From the NCBI GenBank assembly GCA_030633305.1, contig DAOVTB010000004.1:1-62393 (forward strand): a stretch of 62,393 nt of DNA, written 5' to 3'. How positions within the stretch are numbered: position 1 is the first letter of the stretch; every line of letters starts with the position of its first letter. Shown one piece after another: positions 57,850-62,393 of the stretch. Below the pieces are notes generated by a model, which did no database searches, was not told where the DNA came from, and saw nothing but the letters and a program-made list of their open reading frames with translations. This DNA comes from Candidatus Muiribacteriota bacterium (GTDB lineage: Bacteria > Muiribacteriota > DAOVTB01). Both the position numbers and the translations under genes were made by a program.

Positions 57850-60477
57850 ATGTCAGAATACGAGGATAAGCTGGAACACGGAATAGTCCCGATTTATGTT
57901 GAAGATGAGATGAAAGTCTCATATATTGATTACGCGATGAGTGTAATCATCGGTCGCGCTCTTCCAAATGTCAGAGATGGTTTAAAGCCGGTACATTTAA
58001 GAATTCTTTATGCAATGAGAGATCTTGGACTTGTTCCATCAAAGTCTCATAAAAAAAGTGCAAGAATCGTCGGTGAAGTTCTTGGTAAGTATCATCCACA
58101 CGGTGATACTGCTGTTTATGATGCTATGGTCAGGATGGCCCAGCCGTTTGCAATGCGTTATCCGCTTGTAGATGGACATGGAAACTTTGGGTCAGTGGAT
58201 GGTGATAATGCAGCGGCGATGAGGTATACAGAAGCTCGTTTATCGAAACTTGCCATGGAAATGTTAGAAGATATCGAAAAAGATACTGTTGACTGGCGCC
58301 CAAATTTTGATGATTCACTGAAAGAACCTGTTGTACTTCCATCAAAGATACCTAATCTTTTATTAAATGGATCAAGTGGAATTGCAGTTGGTATGGCAAC
58401 AAACATACCTCCGCATAATCTTTGTGAAATCGTTGAAGGTCTTATTGCAGTTATTGATGATCCAGAAATTCAGATTGAAGAATTGATGCAGCATGTTACT
58501 GCTCCTGATTTTCCAACTGGTGGAATTATTAATGGAAAAGCTGGAATAAACAGTGCTTATAGAACTGGTCGAGGTATTATAAAACTCAGAGGAAAGTATG
58601 ATGTCGAGGAAAAGAAGAATAAAAACTGGATAGTTATAACTGAGATTCCTTATCAGGTGAATAAATCAAAACTACTTGAGGCTATTGCTGATCAGGTTAG
58701 AAGTAAAAATATCGAAGGGATTTCAGATCTTCGAGATGAATCAGACCGTAAAGGTATGAGGATTGTAGTTGAACTTAAAAGAGACGTTGAAGCCGAAGTT
58801 GTCGCAAACTATCTTTTTAAGAATACCCAGCTTGAAGTAAGCTTTGGAATCAACCTGCTGTCTATTACAGGTGGAAAACCTCAGACTATGACGCTCAGAG
58901 GAATGTTGAACGAATTCATTGAGCATAGAAAAGATATCATTGTTCGAAGAACAAAATATGAACTTGAACTTGCACTTAAAAGAGCACATATCTTAGAAGG
59001 GTTAATAAAAGCACTTGATAATATTGATGAGATTATTAAGTTAATAAGAGCATCCAAGAATCCAGCTGAAGCAAAAGTCCGCTTGATGGAGACCTTTGAT
59101 TTTACTGATATCCAGGCCCAGGCGATTCTTGATATGCGTTTACAGAAGCTTACCAGTCTGGAAGTTAATAAACTTATAGAAGAATTAGCTGAATTACATA
59201 AACGAATTGAACATTACAGAGCTATTCTTGGTTCAGAAGTAATGGTCCTGGATATGATCAAGGATGATCTGATTTATCTCAAGAATAAATATGGAGATGA
59301 ACGTAGAACAGAAGTTGTAGATCAGGTTCAGGATATTACCCTTGAAGATATGATTCAGGATGAAGAAGAAATAATTACAATCACTCATTCCGGATATATT
59401 AAACGAGTTCCTGTAGATACATACAAAACTCAGCATCGTGGTGGAAAAGGTGTTACAAGCGGAAAGAGAAAAGAAGCTGATTTCATTGAAATTCTTTTTA
59501 AAGCCAATACACTTGATTATCTCTTGCTATTTACCAATACTGGTAAAGTCTACTGGTTGAAAGTATACTTTATTCCAAGAGGCAGCAGAGAAGCCAAGGG
59601 TAAACCGCTTATCAATCTTGTAAACAGAGATAAAGACGAAAGATTTACAGCAGTTATTCCAGTAAGAAATTTTTCACCTGACAGATCTTTTGTGATGATT
59701 ACCAAATTCGGTAAGATCAAAAGAGTTACAATGGATCTTTTTAGTAATGTCAGGAAAAATGGAATAAGAGCTCTTAATTTCGCAACTCCAGAAGATGAAC
59801 TTGTAAGTGTATTGAAATGTGTTAATGAAGATCAGATCTTTATAGCAACTAAATACGGTAAAGCAATAAGATTTAAAGCTACTGATGTCAGAAATATGGG
59901 TCGAACAGCTGTTGGTGTTAAAGCAATAAACCTGAGAGATGGTGATGAAGTTATTACATCTGAAGTTGTTCCAGACGATAAATTCACAATTTTTACTGTA
60001 ACTGAAAAAGGATATGGGAAAAGAACAAAAATTGCTGCTTACAGGCTTCAAAAACGGGGTGGTATTGGAATACGGAATATCATAGTTGATTTTAGAAATG
60101 GAGAAGCAAGAGTAAGCTCTGCTGTTTTGGTTGATGATGAATTGATGATCATTACGAAGAATGGAAAATTGATCCGAATTTTTGCAAAGCAGGTTAGATC
60201 AATGGGCAGATCAACAAAAGGTGTCAGGATTATAAATCTTGGTGATGATGACGAGGTAATTGCACTCGAAAGAATTATTAAGGATGATGAAGTAGAGGCA
60301 AAAATAGAGGCAACAGCTGATTCCAATGTTGATAGTAATGCAAAAGTATATGTTGACGTTGCAGTAGATGGTGATGTCGTCGAAGATGCTGATATTATTG
60401 AAGAAGATGATGTAATCGAAGATGACGATGATATTGTTGATGGTGATGACATAGCAGATGATGATGATGAAAACTGA
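57850..60477 (+). CDS. gyrA: DNA gyrase subunit A
   Basis: YHPHGD, AAMRYTE (catalytic Tyr), GyrA-box QHRGGKG, acidic tail. Confidence 0.98.
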   Translation: MSEYEDKLEHGIVPIYVEDEMKVSYIDYAMSVIIGRALPNVRDGLKPVHLRILYAMRDLGLVPSKSHKKSARIVGEVLGKYHPHGDTAVYDAMVRMAQPFAMRYPLVDGHGNFGSVDGDNAAAMRYTEARLSKLAMEMLEDIEKDTVDWRPNFDDSLKEPVVLPSKIPNLLLNGSSGIAVGMATNIPPHNLCEIVEGLIAVIDDPEIQIEELMQHVTAPDFPTGGIINGKAGINSAYRTGRGIIKLRGKYDVEEKKNKNWIVITEIPYQVNKSKLLEAIADQVRSKNIEGISDLRDESDRKGMRIVVELKRDVEAEVVANYLFKNTQLEVSFGINLLSITGGKPQTMTLRGMLNEFIEHRKDIIVRRTKYELELALKRAHILEGLIKALDNIDEIIKLIRASKNPAEAKVRLMETFDFTDIQAQAILDMRLQKLTSLEVNKLIEELAELHKRIEHYRAILGSEVMVLDMIKDDLIYLKNKYGDERRTEVVDQVQDITLEDMIQDEEEIITITHSGYIKRVPVDTYKTQHRGGKGVTSGKRKEADFIEILFKANTLDYLLLFTNTGKVYWLKVYFIPRGSREAKGKPLINLVNRDKDERFTAVIPVRNFSPDRSFVMITKFGKIKRVTMDLFSNVRKNGIRALNFATPEDELVSVLKCVNEDQIFIATKYGKAIRFKATDVRNMGRTAVGVKAINLRDGDEVITSEVVPDDKFTIFTVTEKGYGKRTKIAAYRLQKRGGIGIRNIIVDFRNGEARVSSAVLVDDELMIITKNGKLIRIFAKQVRSMGRSTKGVRIINLGDDDEVIALERIIKDDEVEAKIEATADSNVDSNAKVYVDVAVDGDVVEDADIIEEDDVIEDDDDIVDGDDIADDDDEN

Positions 60478-60493
60478 TAAGTAATAGTGAGAT

Positions 60494-60847
60494 ATGAAAG
60501 TTAGAAGCCTTAGAGAATATCGGGAAATCAGGTTTAACGCTAGCGAAGGAAAGCTTAGACCTGAAAGAAAAATTCCTAAAGAATTGCTACTGATTGTAGT
60601 AGCGATTATGCTTCTGATTTCCGGGATCTTCTATTATCAGAATGAAATAGAATTAAAGCAATTAAGAAAAGAAAAAAAGCAGATTTTAAAAGAAAAGCAT
60701 AAATTAAAGCTTTTATATGAAGGTAAGAAAAGAGAGATGGAGCTTCTTATGAGAAAAGAGGGTATTGAAAAATATGCTCGAGAGAAGTATAATTTCTTGA
60801 AGCCGGGTGAAATCCTGCTTATAGACGGAAGTGCAGAAAAAAAATAA
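60494..60847 (+). CDS. Septum formation initiator (FtsB/DivIC family)
   Basis: TM helix, coiled coil and IEKYAREKYNFLKPGE motif. Confidence 0.85.
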   Translation: MKVRSLREYREIRFNASEGKLRPERKIPKELLLIVVAIMLLISGIFYYQNEIELKQLRKEKKQILKEKHKLKLLYEGKKREMELLMRKEGIEKYAREKYNFLKPGEILLIDGSAEKK

Positions 60848-60857
60848 TTTCTCTTCG

Positions 60858-60886
60858 TTGACAAGAGAAATTATTTCTGGTAAGAT
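60858..60886 (+). promoter_or_regulatory. Sigma70 promoter of the tRNA cluster
   Basis: TTGACA-17 nt-TAAGAT; the -35 lies within the inverted repeat AATAATTTCTCTT..AAGAGAAATTATT. Confidence 0.75.
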
Positions 60887-60898
60887 TTATTGCTGTGT

Positions 60899-60986
60899 GG
60901 AGAAGTGGCCGAGTGGTTGAAGGCGGCGGTCTTGAAAACCGTTGTGCCGCAAGGTACCGTGGGTTCGAATCCTACCTTCTCCGCCA
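60899..60986 (+). tRNA. tRNA-Ser(TGA)
   Basis: Acceptor GGAGAAG/CTTCTCC, anticodon loop CTTGAAA, long variable arm, GTTCGAATC, encoded CCA. Confidence 0.96.
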
Positions 60987-61116
60987 TCATAACATTTGAT
61001 GAGCGATCTTTGAATTTTTAATGCCATTTATCAAACCTGCGAAGCACACAAGAGTGCATCTCGGTTTGAAATGTCATGAAAAATCCAAATATCATCTCAG
61101 CAAATGTCCTGATGGC
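60983..61116 (+). repeat. Family A structured element in the tRNA-Ser(TGA) trailer
   Basis: GCCATCA..ACATTTG.TGAG pairs with CTCA.CAAATGT..TGATGGC. Confidence 0.9.
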
Positions 61117-61193
61117 AGTTAGATAAAAAAAGAACAAAGAAAAAAAGTTCCAAAGCATATGATATGCTAGGGATTAAATATTTGAATATGTTT

Positions 61194-61286
61194 GGAGAGG
61201 TGGCCGAGCGGCTGAAGGCGTGCGCCTGCTAAGCGTATGTAGGGTTTATAGCTCTACCGTGGGTTCAAATCCCACCCTCTCCGCCA
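61194..61286 (+). tRNA. tRNA-Ser(GCT)
   Basis: Acceptor GGAGAGG/CCTCTCC, anticodon loop CTGCTAA, long variable arm, GTTCAAATC, CCA. Confidence 0.96.
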
Positions 61287-61406
61287 CATTCATAATGAGA
61301 GAATCTTGAAATTTTTTGCACCTTCCCAAGCCTGCGGAGTACAGAATAGTACACCTCGGCTTGAAAAGCCTTAAAAATTCCAACCTTCATCTCATTCTAA
61401 ATGTGG
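61284..61406 (+). repeat. Family A structured element in the tRNA-Ser(GCT) trailer
   Basis: CCACATT...AATGAG pairs with CTCATT...AATGTGG. Confidence 0.9.
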
Positions 61407-61470
61407 TAGATGAATTAATAAAAAAAGAAGATAAAGAAAAATTCTTGATCAAAGAATTTTTTTCTTGGAT

Positions 61471-61547
61471 GCGTTCGTAGTTCAATTGGATAGAGCATCG
61501 GACTTCGAATCCGAAAGTTGCAGGTTCGAGTCCTGCCGAGCGCGCCA
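61471..61547 (+). tRNA. tRNA-Arg(TCG)
   Basis: Acceptor GCGTTCG/CGAGCGC, anticodon arm TCGGA-CTTCGAA-TCCGA, GTTCGAGTC, CCA. Confidence 0.95.
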
Positions 61548-61676
61548 TTCTACGTCCTCAATGAGCGAATATTGAATTTTTCCGCAGCGTTTTAAACCTG
61601 CGGAGTATGCTAATACACCGCAGGTTTAAAAAACTTTGAAAATTCCAATCTTCATCTCATTGAGAACGTAGAATGG
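61545..61676 (+). repeat. Family A structured element in the tRNA-Arg trailer
   Basis: CCATTCTACGTCCTCAATGAG pairs with CTCATTGAGAACGTAGAATGG (one mismatch). Confidence 0.92.
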
Positions 61677-61856
61677 ACTTTAAATAGTAAAATATAAAAA
61701 GAACAAATAAAAAATCTGTATATAAGATGGGTTATCCTGTCTTTTGTTTTTTGCAGGCAAAAAAAGCAAAGACTAAGAGTGAGAAAAAAGAAAAATAACA
61801 AATACCAAATAAAAAATCCACATTTGATGTTTGCTAAACCTCAATAAATTGAGAGG

Positions 61857-61986
61857 TCTCAACCAAAATCTAACAAACCATCGCCAGTACCTGTGCTTGG
61901 TATTGACATAATATTGGTCGGTTGAAAGTCATTATGTCACTACCTGGCACATCTTCTGTGACATCTCAACCAAAATCTAACAAACC
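61857..61986 (+). repeat. Pair of identical 23-bp direct repeats
   Basis: TCTCAACCAAAATCTAACAAACC at 61857-61879 and 61964-61986. Confidence 0.85.
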
Positions 61987-62393
61987 TTCAAAAACTTGTG
62001 ATTAACATTTGTATGATTTGGTTGTATAATTGGAATGTAAAAATGGAAGAGGTGGTGATTATTCATAAATTATAGACCTGACCCCCTTTTGGTTTTGCTT
62101 ATTTAAAAAAAATCAATGCCCTTGAGGTCTCAATTGTTTCCCAAAATTCAAAGCACAATAGTGAATTGATAAAATTATTGAATCAACAGAAAAGTCATAA
62201 TCAAATTATTTCTAATTATATTAAGTCACTTGCGAAATACCAAAATTCAATGATTGAAATCTTCTCTGACTCAAAAGGCACTAGAAACATTAATTTCTGG
62301 GATTTTTTTAAAATTTTTGTAAATAAATATTGGAGAATCTCAATACCAAGAAAAAAGCGAAAAATCTGGGATATGGTCTTGACATTTGACATA

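Noticed and set aside
61857-61986. Possible CRISPR array from the 23-bp direct repeats
   Set aside because: Only two units, an 84-nt spacer, and no cas genes in the window.
62167-62322. Short plus-strand ORF of about 50 codons near the window end
   Set aside because: No RBS or recognisable motif; cannot be supported.

Overview
AT-rich bacterial chromosome segment containing the replication origin. Right arm (+): dnaA-recF-DUF721-remB-gyrB-gyrA-FtsB/DivIC-like gene and three tRNAs (Ser-TGA, Ser-GCT, Arg-TCG); dnaN is absent. oriC, with DnaA-trios and DnaA boxes, lies at about 51.7-52.6 kb and includes a diverged ~240-bp duplication of the dnaA leader. Middle (- strand): rnfCDGEA-small ORF-rnfB, AmmeMemoRadiSam A and radical SAM genes, SPOR and NHL proteins, a sugar ABC unit, DUF2232, then rpmH-rnpA-yidD-yidC-jag-mnmE, two divergent tandem mnmG genes and rsmG. 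This block also holds a parS-like site and is followed by a second DnaA-box cluster and an RsbW-like gene. Left arm: def/fmt, TPR and large secreted unknowns, a beta-propeller operon ending in a Tat-signal radical SAM enzyme, a GT87-like gene, hipBA, an outer-membrane barrel (implying a diderm cell), a PilX/pilin/LysM cluster and secDF. Intergenic spaces are mosaics of at least six short repeat families. The most striking is a ~125-nt covarying hairpin element (7 copies) that sits directly 3' of genes and, behind all three tRNAs, base-pairs with the tRNA CCA end. No CRISPR array, rRNA, transposase or prophage was recognised. Taxonomy cannot be fixed from the sequence. All calls are by eye without database searches.
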